The position numbers were made by a program, and so were the translations under genes. A stretch of DNA of 64,000 bases from Octopus bimaculoides. Its lineage: Eukaryota. The notes beneath the pieces are model-generated. The model was not told the DNA's origin. It did no database searches and was given only the letters and a program-made list of their open reading frames with translations. This document shows, in pieces, positions 34,969 through 48,081 of the stretch; within the stretch, counting starts at the first letter, position 1; every line of letters starts with the position of its first letter. The stretch spans positions 37,173,670 through 37,237,669 of the forward strand of contig NC_068992.1 in NCBI RefSeq assembly GCF_001194135.2, given 5' to 3'.

Positions 34969-37900
34969 TATAACAAAGCAGGGTAACAACAATGTAACAA
35001 TCCAAGAAACTCCCCATGAACTATTCACAAACCAACGAATGATATTCCAACAAACTACCAAACGACACCTATTCTCTCACATTCACTCGAACTGCTACTA
35101 TTTATAGTTGCTCAGTCAAGTTTGTTCTTGCAGGGGGTTTCATGACTCTTGCCACAACATCTCATCTCCCCTTTTGAGATTTTGACTTCCGTAGGAAACA
35201 AAATTTATTTTATTATTATTATTTTTGTTTTCTTTCTTTCCAGCATCTCTCCCTTTTTGAAATTTTGCCTCCTTATGGAGGTCAGTACGTTTTCTGCTTA
35301 GGAATTATTTCTAAATGTTCAGTCTGTTTACATTTTCTGTCACTGCTTCTTCTAGGCTCAATCCCTTTCGGTGCTGGCATATTGAACATGTCATAAAACA
35401 CTTCCATTGGAATTTCCTTCCTTTCTTCTGTATGTTTGGTTTTTAATTGAGTTAGGTGTCGTTTATATTCCCATCATTGGCCTTTTATTAAATACATCAT
35501 ATTTCCAATTCTATTAGTCCTACACTATCTTGCCAGCTCTCTTTACCATTCTTATATACTTTGAAATAGACTTTGTTTCAGACATCAAAATGTTTAGTTG
35601 AATGTATTGTATTTTCTATACGTGTTTTTTTCTTTGGCAACAATTTGTTGAAGATTGATTTAATCTTTCGAGTGAATATTAGCTCTGCAGGCGACTTGCC
35701 TGAACTGCTTTTCGGATGGGATATTATTCTATACAACCTTAAGAATTTAGTTAGCGCTTCGTCATTTCCTAACTTGCTCCTTGCTTTTTCTTTTAGCGCC
35801 CGCTTGAGAGTATCTATGAATCATTCTGCTTGCCCATTTGACTTCAGGTGGTAGGGCTGGGTAAACATGTGCTTGATTGCATGCATTTTGCAGAATTCCT
35901 TGAATTCGTATCCTGTGAATTGTATTCCATTGTCCAAAAGGTTTATGCAGAAACTTTATTGTTGCCTTCAAGGTTGGTTGGCTGCAACTACATACTTCCA
36001 GCCACTTTGTAAAGCTATCAACAATGATCCAGTAATAAGCACCATTCATTGGTCCAGTGTAGTCTATATGTACCCTGGACTATCCACCTCAGGCCATGAT
36101 TGGTATTTAACCAGTGGCGCCTTGGCTGCTAACGCACAGCTCTACATGATTTTACCAAATTCTCAATGTCCCAGTCCATTGTCAGCCAATACACATAACT
36201 CCTAATCAAAGCTTTTATTCTTGACATCCCTTGGTTTCCATGATGAAATTAATGGAATATTCATTTCTGTAGTGCAGTTGGTACTACCACTCTTTGTGCA
36301 GACATTAATACTTCATCACAAAGTGAAAAATGGTTCGCATTCATGTTTCTTCTTTGTTTAATTTTCAAGGTTTCCTTCTTTTTTATGTGTTTATCCTCCG
36401 CCGATTTACTTTTTATATTTTGTACAGTCACTGGCAACTCCTGAATGACATTACACATGACGTTTTTAATTTCCTTTTCTGATTATAATACAGCTATCAC
36501 TGTATCTTCCAGTGGTTCCACATTCTTTGGAATTAGCCTAGATAAACAATCCACATGGCCAATTTTCTTGGAAGAAATGTATTCCCTCTTAAAGTTGTAG
36601 TATTGTACCCCAGCATTGTAATCTGTTAGCTATATGGGTAGGAATTCCTTTCTTCTATCCGAAAATTGATAGTAACGGTCGGAATCTTCTTCCATGGAGA
36701 AATCTGTGAAATTTCTTCATGGCAAAAATAATCACTTGAGCTTCTTTCTCTATCTGGCTGTAATATTTTTCTGCTGCAATCAGGGCATGTGAGGCATGAA
36801 TAACCACCTTCATATTACCGTCTTTATATTTGTGTAGCAAAACTGCTCCTACACTGTATTCAGAAGTGTTGGAAGCTACAACAATTTCAGTGGCAAGATC
36901 GAAATGAGCCAGCGACAAATCTGAAATTAATATTTTTTTTAATATCCTGAAATGCTTTTTGACAGTTATCTGACCAATTCCATTTGGCGACTTTCTTCAG
37001 CAAATTATTAAGTAAAGCTCTCAGTTCATATACATTCGGTATGTAATTTTGATAATAGTTTACCAGGCCAAGAAAAGCTTATAATGTCACTATGTTAGTT
37101 GGGGGAGGCATATTGTTAATTGTGTCTGCTCTCAACGGGTTAAGTCGTCTTCCATTTTTATCTATAATTTGTTCTAAATATTTAATTTTAGGCAAAAAGA
37201 ATTCACATTTCTCCTCACTGAGTGCGAAACCATAATCTCTAATTTTTTTGAAAAACACACGTCACATGTTTGATATGCTGATCACAAGATTCACTTTTAA
37301 TTAATACATCATCAAGGTATAGAATTGCAAATTGACAGCCTGCCAACATTGCATCCATAACCTGTTGAAATATTGCAGGTGCAACCTTCAGACCAAATGG
37401 CAATCTATTATATTTATATATTCCACTGTTAGAAGCTTTGAGCATTTCTCATCTACTTTGCAAAATATCCTCTGGAGTAGTGGCACATATTTAGACAGTC
37501 ATTCAAACCAGTAGAAAAATCACACACACCCTGATTTTTTTTTTTTTTTTAATACATGCAGTTGGTGCTGCCCACTTAGAGTAATATACTTTTTGAATAA
37601 CTCCCAATATCTCCAGTCTGTCTAATTCTTCCTCTACCTGTTTTATCGTAGCAAATGGTACCTTTCTATTAGGTGTGAATACAGTTATGACATTTTCCTT
37701 TATTTGAAAATAGCCCTCAGTCTTAGAACAGGGACTGGATTTATCCAACAGCACTTCAGTAAACATGTTTTTTAATTTTTTTTTCAATTCATCAGCTGAG
37801 ATATTTTCACTGGTGGGACATCTACTTATTTTGTTACAGAACAGACTTATGGAGAGGTCCCTTAAGTCAAACAATTCCAACCAGTCCATACCGAACAGAT

Positions 37901-38830
37901 TGGTTGCGTTTTTTACCACGAAAACTTTTGCTCCACAGATTTTTCCCTGAAATGTGATATCACTCCACATTTCACCCTTGAAGTGTAGGTTTTCACCTGT
38001 CACACCTCATGCAATTTTTGATGTTTTTCTTAACATAGGCTTCCCAATTCTTATCAACGTTCCAGTATTAATAATTGAGATGTCACTGCCAATATTTAAT
38101 TGTAATTTAATAGTCACTTCATTTACTTTTACATGTACAAATTTCCTCTTTTTGGTGTTGTTTCTACTTTCCATTGAGAAAACTTTTGAATTTTTTATGT
38201 TTTACCTTCCTAACTTTGCTCTGCAATGTGAGCTCTTGTGAGCTCTTTTTGACAACTATAACATTTTTGTGCTTTGAAAGGATAATTCTTCCTGAAATGT
38301 AGGGCTCCACATCTGTAGCATAGGTTTGGTCTGAACATTTTCTTTTGTTTATACCTTTCCCGTGAACATGATTGTACTTGTGAGAACTCCTTCTCTTCAA
38401 TATTCTTTACGTCCTGACATAAGTTTACTATTCTTTGATACTCCTCAGCAACTGTCTGCAGGGTTAAACTTTGATCCACTTGTTCAAGTTTTGTGAGAAT
38501 TTTTGCATGTATCTTCACATCTTTGTTTACTGTAAGCCCTTGTGCAAAAATGAGGCACTTAAACACATCAGGAGTTAGTTCTTTCCATTTAAACCTTTCA
38601 CACATTTGGTTTAGTTTTGGCACATATGACAAAGTCTTCATCCTCTCTTTTAACTAAATTTCAACATTCCCAGCTAGTGTTAAATAGGAAACTCTTATCA
38701 CTGAATATTTTTGATGGTAGTTTGACTGTTTCCTGGAAACAATTTCACTAGTTTTCACTATAATAATAGTCTTACATTTTCTATCCATAACTTACAATCT
38801 TTCCTGAAGATTTCTTCATACCTTCTAAAG

Positions 38831-41174
38831 TAGGTGTCGGCAACCTGCAGCTCACAAGCCAAAAGCGACCCGCGAGCTCTTCCCATGCAGCCCACAGCTC
38901 CTTGTCCAGATTTCTTTTATGTGCAGCCCACAAGACATTTCCTGCGACCCAGTGGGGCTTTTTTAACTGATAGCAAATTTAACAGAGTCAATCAACGGCT
39001 TCTCCCCAGCCAGAACAGCATCCTACTTTCATGATACTGACACTGAATAAATATAACTTTGGAGAAAATTCTGATAGAGTTAGAGAGAAAGAGGAAATCA
39101 TCCTTTTGTCCAATACTGTAGTATAGTATCACTGTACGATAAGTTATTTTTCATTTCTACTCCAATTGACTTGGTTATAAATATTTTTTCTGTGATATTT
39201 CAGATGGCTGAAGGTGTCCAACCTGTGAAGAAGAGGAAGCTGTTGGATAAGAACCACTCCTTCAAGAAAGAATGGGAAGCATTCTTCCCTGTCGAGCGCA
39301 AGAGAAAGGCTTTGTGTGTCATCTGTCACGAGACCGTCATGCAATGTGAAGCATCACTTCACTTCAGTGCACCCCAAGCAAGCTGTGTTGCCTGAGAACA
39401 AGAAAAAGCCAGAGTTTGGGTGTCTGAGTGCCCAGCTGGAGAAGCAATGTGCCTTCATGAAGAGGATCATCTCATCGGTGGAAGCAGCTGCTGAGAGCAA
39501 CACTCACGCCAGCTACCATGTTGCACACCTTGTGGCCACCAACCTCAAGCCATTTACCGATGGCAAATTCATCAAGGTGTGCATGATGGCTGTGGTTAAG
39601 AACCTGTGTCCTGACAAGACAAGTGAGCTTGAGGCCATCGGCCTGTCTGCCAGGACCTTGACCCGCCACATAGAGGAGATGGCAACTGATGTCCGGGGCA
39701 CCCAGAAGGACATGTGTCAGTCTGCTTACTTCTTCTCTATCACCTTGGATGAGTCGACTGACATCAAGGACATAGCTCAGTTTGCCATCTTCTTCCACGG
39801 CAGCAGGGATGACTTCGTCAACTTCGAGGAGTTCATATGACTTATCCTCCTCAGTGGTACCACCACTAGCACCGACGTGTGCAAGGCAGTCACAGACTGG
39901 CTAAAGGAGGTTGACCTGGACCTCTGTCACATGTGCAGCATGACAACTGATGGGGCGCTCGCCATGGTCGGGGAAAAGAAGGGCTTTGTGGCACTTCTTG
40001 TGCCTGCACAGCTTCGGACACCAGCAGGACGTGAAGCGCTTTCATTGTCTGGTGCACCAGGAGGCTCTGTGCACCAAGGTGGTAACCATTACGGAGGTCA
40101 TGACTGTTGTTGTCAGGGCTGTGAACTTAGTTTGCACCCGTGCTCTCAACCACAGACAGTTCCGTGCTCTCTTGAATGATGCTGAGTCAGAGTTCAGCAA
40201 CCTGATCTACTTCTGCGAGGCCTGTTGGCTCAGCTGAGGAAAGATGTTGAAGAGAGTCTTCAACTTGAGGGATGAGCTGGCATCTTTCCTGCGAGAGAAG
40301 GGCAATCCTGTCCCTCAGTTTGAGGATCCTGCATGGGTATGTGACCATGGGTTCCTGGTGGACATTACTGGACATCTAAATGAGCTGAACATCTAGCTGC
40401 AGGGTAAAAAACGTCCTGGTACCTGGCCTCCTTGGCCACGTGAAAGCATTCAAATGCAAACTTCGCCTGTGGGAGCACCAGTTCAACCAGAGGAAATTTA
40501 CTCACTTCTCCCGCTTGGCTGAGCTGCGCCCAACCCCCGCTGCCTGCTGTTGCTACGCTGCTGCCCTGTCTGAGCTGCGAGGTGAGTTCGAGAGGCACTC
40601 CAAAGATGTGCATACCTGTGAGAAAGAGCTCAAGCTATTCTCCACTCCCTTTGATGTGGATTCTGTGAAAGTGGCCAATGACCTTCAGCTAGAACTCATT
40701 GAACTCCAGTGCTCAGAGAGCCACCGTGCAAAGTTTGTGCATGTGTCGCCATGGAGTTCTGGCACTTGCTCTCAGCCTTCCATGCTTTCCTGGCTTTTGT
40801 TCAGGAAGCCCTGTGCTTAGCTTCATTGTTTGGGTCCACATACTCTTGTGAGCAGCTGTTCAGCTGCATGAAGCTGATGAAGAACAAGACGAGAGCACAG
40901 CTTACAGGCGCTCATCTTCAAGATGTTCTCTTCTTGGCCTCCTCATCCATCAAGCTGGACATTGATTCTCTATCTATTTCAAAGAATCACCAGCCTTCAC
41001 ATTAATTGTTTCACATTGTGATTACTGCAAGTCTTAATAAAGGTTCAATTTACATTTATTATCATTGATTTTCTGTGTCTGTAATTTTTTTCGGGTTGGG
41101 AGGAGGGTACAGCCTGCGAGGTGGCCTAGACGTAGCCCAGTGGCCAGTGGCCTGGTTTAGGTTGCTGATGCTTC
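38831..41174 (+). mobile_element. hAT DNA transposon (Charlie/SPIN/Buster-like), decayed full length
   Basis: 16-bp TIRs TAGGTGTCGGCAACCT / AGGTTGCTGATGCTTC; perfect 8-bp TSD TTCTAAAG at 38823-38830 and 41175-41182. Confidence 0.93.
39204..41005 (+). pseudogene. hAT transposase pseudogene (GTF2IRD2/SPIN-like)
   Basis: BED-like CVIC..HFTSVH, LDESTD, TTDGA, HCLVHQE and FGSTYSCEQLFS motifs; several frameshifts and stops. Confidence 0.9.
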
Positions 41175-41762
41175 TTCTAAAGTAAGCTGCAAACATTATA
41201 TCCTCCTTTGAGTCATAACTGAATTCTGTTATAGAATTTGATACACCATCTGGCAAAAATGAACTGATAGTGTTTCTAGACTTGTTAAGACAGAACTCCA
41301 TTAACTGGTGTTGTTTTCCTTGTTGCTGAAGTAGTTGTTCCTGCAACTCTTGTTGCTATTCTTGTAGCTGTTTTTGCAACTGTGTTACAGAAGCTAATAG
41401 GTCTTCCATCATTAACAACTTTGTATCACAAAAATTTGTTAACTAACCTGCACGAGCTTCAAATCCTCATCGCCAATTATTGTAGTATCGCCAATTGTTA
41501 TGACAGTACCTTTTTACACTATAACCATGTAGTAGCAATAAACATATATAACAAAGCAGGGTAACAACAACGTAACAATCCAACAAGCTCTCCATGAACT
41601 AAACACAAACCAACAAATGATATTCCAACAAACTACCAAAATGACACCTTACAACTTCCTGCGATTAATGCCTACTCTCTCACTCCGACTCAGACTGCTA
41701 CTATTTACAGTCATTCGGTCAAGTTTATTCTCACAGGGGGTGTCATGACTCTCGCCACAATA

Positions 41763-44700
41763 TTTGTACTCTCTTATATATGCACACTGAAATTGCATAT
41801 CCAGCAGAGCATGTTAGCTTCATTTCTTTCTTGTCTTCACATGTCCTCTACATTTACAGCTCAAGTTTCACAACCATGTAACATTTTTGTTCATACACAA
41901 ACATCATACAATCTTCCTTTCACTCTGAGAGATAGGCCTTTCACTCTGAGAGATAAGACTTTTGTTACCAACACATGTAATAGCTCTCTGAACTTCCTCT
42001 AGCCAGTTATTGTTCTAGTAACTATACATTCAGAGTATCCCCATCCACTGCTAATTAGGGGTCTTAATTAAGTAACAGAAAATATCTATTACAAAGTAGA
42101 TACTTTGCACCTGGTTATTCACAAAAATCTATTTTCCATTTGTTCTTAGCATTATTACTCCTATATATCTGCCACAAACTAAGTTTTAATTACAGTTAAT
42201 CTGCCTATGATTCTACTGCACCCCCTATGTACTCTTAGTCTGCACTGAGTACACTCTATGAAAGTTCAACCAACACTTTTGTGAACAGGACCATTTACCT
42301 GAAGGGATTAGGCTCTTTGATTTCAGGCTTTGATTCCACACCTAGAATATTTCTGTTCTAATTCTACTGCAGTTCAAGCTACATGAACAAAATCATCAGC
42401 ATGGAAGAATTTCCAAGGACAAACAATCTTAAATTGCTCTGTTATGAGCCAGAGGATGATGATAAATAGAAGAGAACTGGTAACCAAGCCCTGCACATGA
42501 AATTCATTGCTGTACTCATTGTTAATTCTCACCTTACTAACAGCATCTCCATACATAGATTGAACAGTTCTCATAAACTGTTCATTTACTCCAAGCTTCT
42601 GTGAGATCAGAGAGTGGGAGAGCCTGTCAAAGGCTTTCTTTAGCTCAACAAATACCAACTACAGCAGTTCACTTTTGGCTAAATACTTCTCCTGCATCCT
42701 GAAGTTGCCTTTATTAGAAAAGGCGCATCAGTCATATTTCTCCCCAGTACAAAACCAAACAGCATCTCATCTAGGCTAATTCACTTCCTAATTAATTGAG
42801 CTATAATTCTTTCTGTAACTTTTATGATCTGGTCCAGCTATTTGATACCTCTGTAATTACTTCTCTATAAGACATCTCCTTTACCTTTGATTAAATGCTT
42901 CTATACCAATCATTGAGTGTGATACCTTCCTGTACAACCTGATTAACTATATGGGTGACTAAGTTGTATCCCATTCTGCTTAATATTCTAAGCATCTCAG
43001 CAGCAACTCCTAATATGAGGGTGGGCTGAAAAGTTCACAAGCTATGAAGGAGTGATGCTAGAGTTGTGAAATCTTGCATGCATTAATTTTAGCTCCTCTT
43101 ATTAATAACTGCATTGTTTCTTTCCAGCTAAACTGATATCTGAGTGTTCAAAGAAGACTTCATTAATGAGCAACAACAACTTCTCTTAAGAACAGACAAA
43201 ATTTGGCATCATTGTGTTGTCAAATACCTGCAGCAAAAGGGTTTATCCCCCCAATGACATTCATGCTGACATGTTTACTACATTAAGAGATGACACTCCA
43301 GTTTTATCAACAGTGCAAAAGCAGGTATCTGAATTTAGGAGGGGAAGAGAGAGGTTAGAAGATGACCCAAGGTCTGGAAGTCCTGCAATTGCTAGCACAG
43401 AGGAAAACATTGATTGTGTTCACCACATGATGATAGATGACAGGCAACTGGCTACAAATCAAATAGCTAATGCCATAAGCACATCCTCTGAAACAGTTGA
43501 GAATATTCTACCCAACGAACTTGGCATGATGAAGGTTTCTGCTCAGTGGGTGCCACATTTGATAATTGATCAAAAGCACATCAGATTGATAACGTCATGG
43601 GAAAATCTAACATTGTTTCAGAACACTCCTAACACAGTATGATTGTCAAATTCATCACTTTGAACCAGAGACAAAGAGACAATCCATTCAGTGGAAGCAC
43701 CCCTCTTCACCAAAGAAGGCCATAGTCATTTATTTTCAGAGGTGATGACTTCAGTTTTTTGGGGTGAAAAGGCACTGTGTTTATTGACTATCTTCAAACA
43801 AGTCACACTATCAATGGAGAGTACTATACCAACATGCTATGGCAGTTATGAAAAGCTGTCAAGACTAAATACCCAGAAAAATTGATGAAAGGGGTCTTGT
43901 TTCATCAGGACAATGTGCCAGCATATAAGTCCTTGCTTTTGATGGCTGCTGTGCATGATTGTAGCTTTGAACTGATTGACCAGCTTCCTTATTCTCCTGA
44001 TTTAGCCCCATCTGACTATCGTGTCTTCCCCAACATGAAAAAGCACTTGGCTGGGATCGAGTACCACAGTGATGGTGATATCATATTTGCTGTTGATGAC
44101 TTTTTTGACGAACAGGATAAAAGGTTCCTCACCAATCTTCACCAATGGGATCCAACCACTGCAACACTGATGGAAGAAGTGTGTGGACAGCAAGGGAGAC
44201 TATGCTAAAACATAATCTTCATTTGGCCACTTTCCATGAGAGTATCTTGATCAGCATGTGAACTTTTCAGCTGACCTTCATAGAACAAAGATTTTCCCTG
44301 TCCTCATATACTTAATTGCATTGTCTAACATACTACAATGGCTGTTTCTTCCACTGGGTTCACATTTGGAAGACTCTCTTTCTTCCATTCTTCCTCCACC
44401 TTTCATAGGTTTCTGTAACAGCAATTCCATACCTCTTACTTTTCAGAATCACTAATTGCATGTGTACCACTGTCTCTCCATACATGCTTTACTTCCACAA
44501 CATCTTGATTTTCTTATACTTTGCTTTGCTATTTGGAACACCTCATGCCAATGATCCTAAAGCTGTAGAAAATTGAGAAACCTCTTCCTTTCCTCTTCGG
44601 TTTTCATTAAACAGATCTGTCTCTTAACTTCTCTTCTAGTGATCTGGTATAGTTCTCTGCTGCTGTCATTCTTCCAAAACTATCAAACCTGCCTCTTTAC

Positions 44701-45680
44701 TTTCATGGCTCTGTCTACATAGTTGTTCCACCACCATGTCACCCTTGATCTCGATGGAACTTTGCAACAACCACAAATCTGGTTTGTAGTCCTCAGTTGT
44801 CCCATAAGAACTTCTAGTTATCCTCTGTGTTATATGTCTATCTCCACCTCCTTGTCAGATGCTTCAGTTAGAACATCTCTGAATTTCTGACTCAGCAACA
44901 GATCTTTAAGCTTCTATGCCTTCCTTTTCCAGATTTGTATCTCAATCTGGATCATGTGCCCACTAGGTTGATAGGGGATCACGTGGTTGGCTGGCTGGCT
45001 GGTTTTCTGAAGTTAGTGCTGCAGCAGCCCTATTACCAAATCTGTAACCTTCACATACACAATGGAAACCAATATTGGAGTACTGCCCACCATATCCATC
45101 AAAGTCACCAGCCACACGTTTAAGGTCATATTGTCAGTTGTCATAGAGGTAATCTGTAATCTGCAAAAGGTCCTCATAGAAATGTTCCTTCAGTTCATCT
45201 GCTTGTCCAGCTTATGAAGCATATGCAGGGATAAATGTTACTGTATAATCTAACACTTGTCTTAGCTTAACAATCCTATCATACACTCTGACTACCTCAA
45301 TCACCAAATATGTTCATTTCTCTGTTGAGGTATGCCTATACCAATACTGCTATCACTGCTACCTATCCAGAAAAGTTTGTACCTTTGTTCCTTGGCTATG
45401 GAGAGCCTTGTAGAGGCTTATCTCCATCTTACTTCTTGTACACAGAACACATCTACCTAATTCCACTCAAGCATTTCAACAATCTTACTGGATATACTTT
45501 TCATAGTGTCAAGACTGATCATAGCAGCACTCAGAAGAGTAGTGGGTGTAGCTGAGGTATTGCTTTCAATTTCTGAAAAGAAGAGTGGGGAGATGCTAGT
45601 TGGGGTTATGTTTTCAGCTTCCGAAAAGGAGAATTTTGTGAATGCCTGCCTGCAGGCAGTTAGTCTTTGCACTTATCCAG
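41763..45680 (-). mobile_element. RTE LINE body, interrupted by a mariner
   Basis: RT motifs VFVELKKAFDR..HVQG..FFHADD at 42374-42658; endonuclease-like relics at 44300-45680. Confidence 0.7.
43016..44280 (+). mobile_element. Mariner transposon, same family as 8618-9832
   Basis: TA-flanked TIRs (TGAGGGTGGGCTGAAAAGTTCAC / GTGAACTTTTCAGCTGACCTTCA); WVPHL, FHQDNVPA and PYSPDLAPSDY motifs. Confidence 0.92.
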
Positions 45681-45782
45681 TGAAATAAGTTGGGTTTTTT
45701 TTAATGAAGTACAATAGTAGTATTAACATCAAAACAAATAACTAATAATGACAAAAAAAAATCTAGCAACTAAAGTAAATTT

Positions 45783-46098
45783 AATGCAATGCTATTACCA
45801 GTTCAAGTGTTTGAACTTGTAAAAAAGCCATTCACTGTTTTGTCATGAAGAAAATTTCTTGCTGTAGACAAATTGTGTGAATACACCTAAATCAGTTTGC
45901 AGCACCACTTATCCAACACTTCAGAGTGGTTATCTCCTTTTCAGTCACAGAAATCAGATGGTGGTGCTGTGAGCTGATAAGAGAGACAATCTCTCTTACA
46001 TTATTCCAGTCAACATACGTTGGCTGGTCACAGTGAATGGTTTCTTGACAAATTCAAACATGCCACTGGCATATTTGAACTGGTAATAATATTGCATT
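45783..46098. mobile_element. MITE-like foldback element
   Basis: Imperfect inverted arms (aatgcaat..tattaccagttcaa...ccattcactgt) with a 14-bp indel. Confidence 0.6.
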
Positions 46099-46144
46099 TA
46101 TACACATCACTGCTTAGTGCTCCCATCCAGTAATTACGATGAGA

Positions 46145-46182
<38 letters not shown>

Positions 46183-46859
46183 GAGCAAGTGAAAGAAGGT
46201 AAGTGTAAGAGACCAGGAGAGAGATGGTAATGAAGTGCCAAGGCATGCTCACAAGAAACAAGGATCAGAATATAAATGGATGGCAGAGAAGAGAAAAGGA
46301 AAGTGGTGGCAAAGTGGAAGGGTATACCCTCAAGATATGGGGTTAGAATATAAATGGTATGGTATTGCCAAGGTGCATGAGTAGGGAGTAGAGACTTCAC
46401 ATGAATGCAAAGAGTGTGGGGTTGGGTATGCAGTGACTGGTAAAACCTAGGTAAATAGAGGGGGTGGAGGACAACAGGATAGTAATGATACAGTGAGCAG
46501 GGCAGTGAGGACAGGAATGGAGAGCAAGAGGTAAATGGGAAGGTAGAGAAAAGCAAGTGAGAGATAAGTGGTAGCAAAGTGAAAGGGCATACCTTCAAGA
46601 TATGGGGTCGGAATATAGATGGTAGGGTATTGCCAAGGTGCATGAGTAGGAAGTAGAGACGTCACATGAATGCAAAGAGGTAAGCACAAGTATAGTGCAT
46701 GACAAGAGGAAATGTGAGGAAAAGGAGGGATGTAGTTTGGTTTGTTGGGGTACAGTGTGGAAAAAGTCTTATTGTTACATGTGAGTGGAAGCCATAGTGC
46801 TTCTAGAACTCAGTTTTGCTGAAGTGGGCAGATCTTCTCAAGAACCTCATACTGCCAGA

Positions 46860-47690
46860 TATCTTGATCCATTGACATCTCTGTGAGACCCAACAACCAG
46901 AGATTGGTCCTCACCACATCATCCCATGTCTTCTTTGGTCTCCACTCTCAGTGATCATCACTTCTTTACACAGTTGTCTTCATTCATACGCATCACATAT
47001 AGTCTTCTTTCTTGCATGTTGCATCTGATTCTTCTTATACCCAACTTTTCTCTCAACACACCTGTATTTTGTTGTACATGCACCCTGATGTTGCACATCC
47101 TACAAAGCATACTACTTTAATTCCTCTCTAGTCTATTCATGTTTTCTGCATTCAGAGCCCAGGTTTCACTACCAAGGAGTATAGCCGTTTGTACACAAGC
47201 ATCATACAATCTACCTTTCACTCTGAGAGAGTCCTTTTGTTGCCAATAGGGTTAAAAGCTCTCTGAACTTCCTCCATCCTATTTTTATTCTAGAAACAAT
47301 ACTTTCAGAACATCCTCCACCATTACTAATTTGGTCACCTAGGTAACAGAAATTATCCACAACCTCAAGAGAGACTTCTGGGGTATTTGAGAGAGTCTAA
47401 TTCCCTTGTCCTTAGTGCTTATTGTTCCTTCACAAATGTCACATACAAAGACAACTTTATCAGCTAATCTACCTGTAATTAAACTACATCTCTTATGTGC
47501 CCATAGTTTACATAAGGTGAAGTGAATAGAATTACTTCCAACTCCTTTTCTACATATTGAACAAAGCCATTTCCATAACAACAAGAAAGTCTTATCTGCT
47601 TTCTTGCTAACAACAACTTTTATCTTTGCTAGGTTAACTTTAAGGCCCTTTGATTCCAGGTTTATAATAAGTTTAAATAATTATGTAATA
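46860..47690 (-). mobile_element. RTE LINE fragment
   Basis: CSICRKGVGSNSI..CKLWAHKRCS and downstream segments match 13290-13900 in reverse. Confidence 0.75.
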
Positions 47691-48081
47691 GAGACCTTAA
47701 AAACTGCCCATTAGATAACCAGTGCAATAGGAAAAACCTAGTTTATAGATGCTCAGTGGCTACAGGAGAACTTATTCATTATTACATAGATGTTTGTGCA
47801 ACCAGCTTTAAATCTCAATTATATAACCTTCATTTAGACATAGGAATAAGGAAAGCTGGACCACCTTAAGTAAGTTTATTTGGGAACTAAAAGATAGCAA
47901 CATGAAATATGATATCAAACAGTCAATATTGAACAATGCTCTATGTCTCAAAGAATCATTGTTTATCCTTACGTCAGAGTCTAATATTTTGAACATGAGA
48001 AATTAACTTATGTCAAGATATAATCATTTATTTAACAAAACTTTTAAATCATTCCCTAGAAAAGAGATCAGAAGAACACCT
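47690..48081 (+). mobile_element. PLE (Naiad-like) endonuclease C-terminal relic; target of the Gypsy insertion
   Basis: SFRHRNKESWTTLSKFIWELKDSNMKYDIK.SIL..LCLKESLFIL...LN.RN..SRYNH. Confidence 0.7.

Larger units (their letters stand above)
34452..41762 (-). mobile_element. Ty3/Gypsy LTR retrotransposon, decayed, carrying nested hAT and SINE insertions
   Basis: LTRs 41481-41762 and 34452-35159; PBS TGGCGATGAGGAT (tRNA-Ser type) at 41463-41475; PPT at 35160-35176; gag with CYRC..H..CYSC; RT LPFGLKVAPAIFQ..YLDD; RNase H ASNTSEYSVGAVL; integrase IVDSFTKWLEV. Confidence 0.9.
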
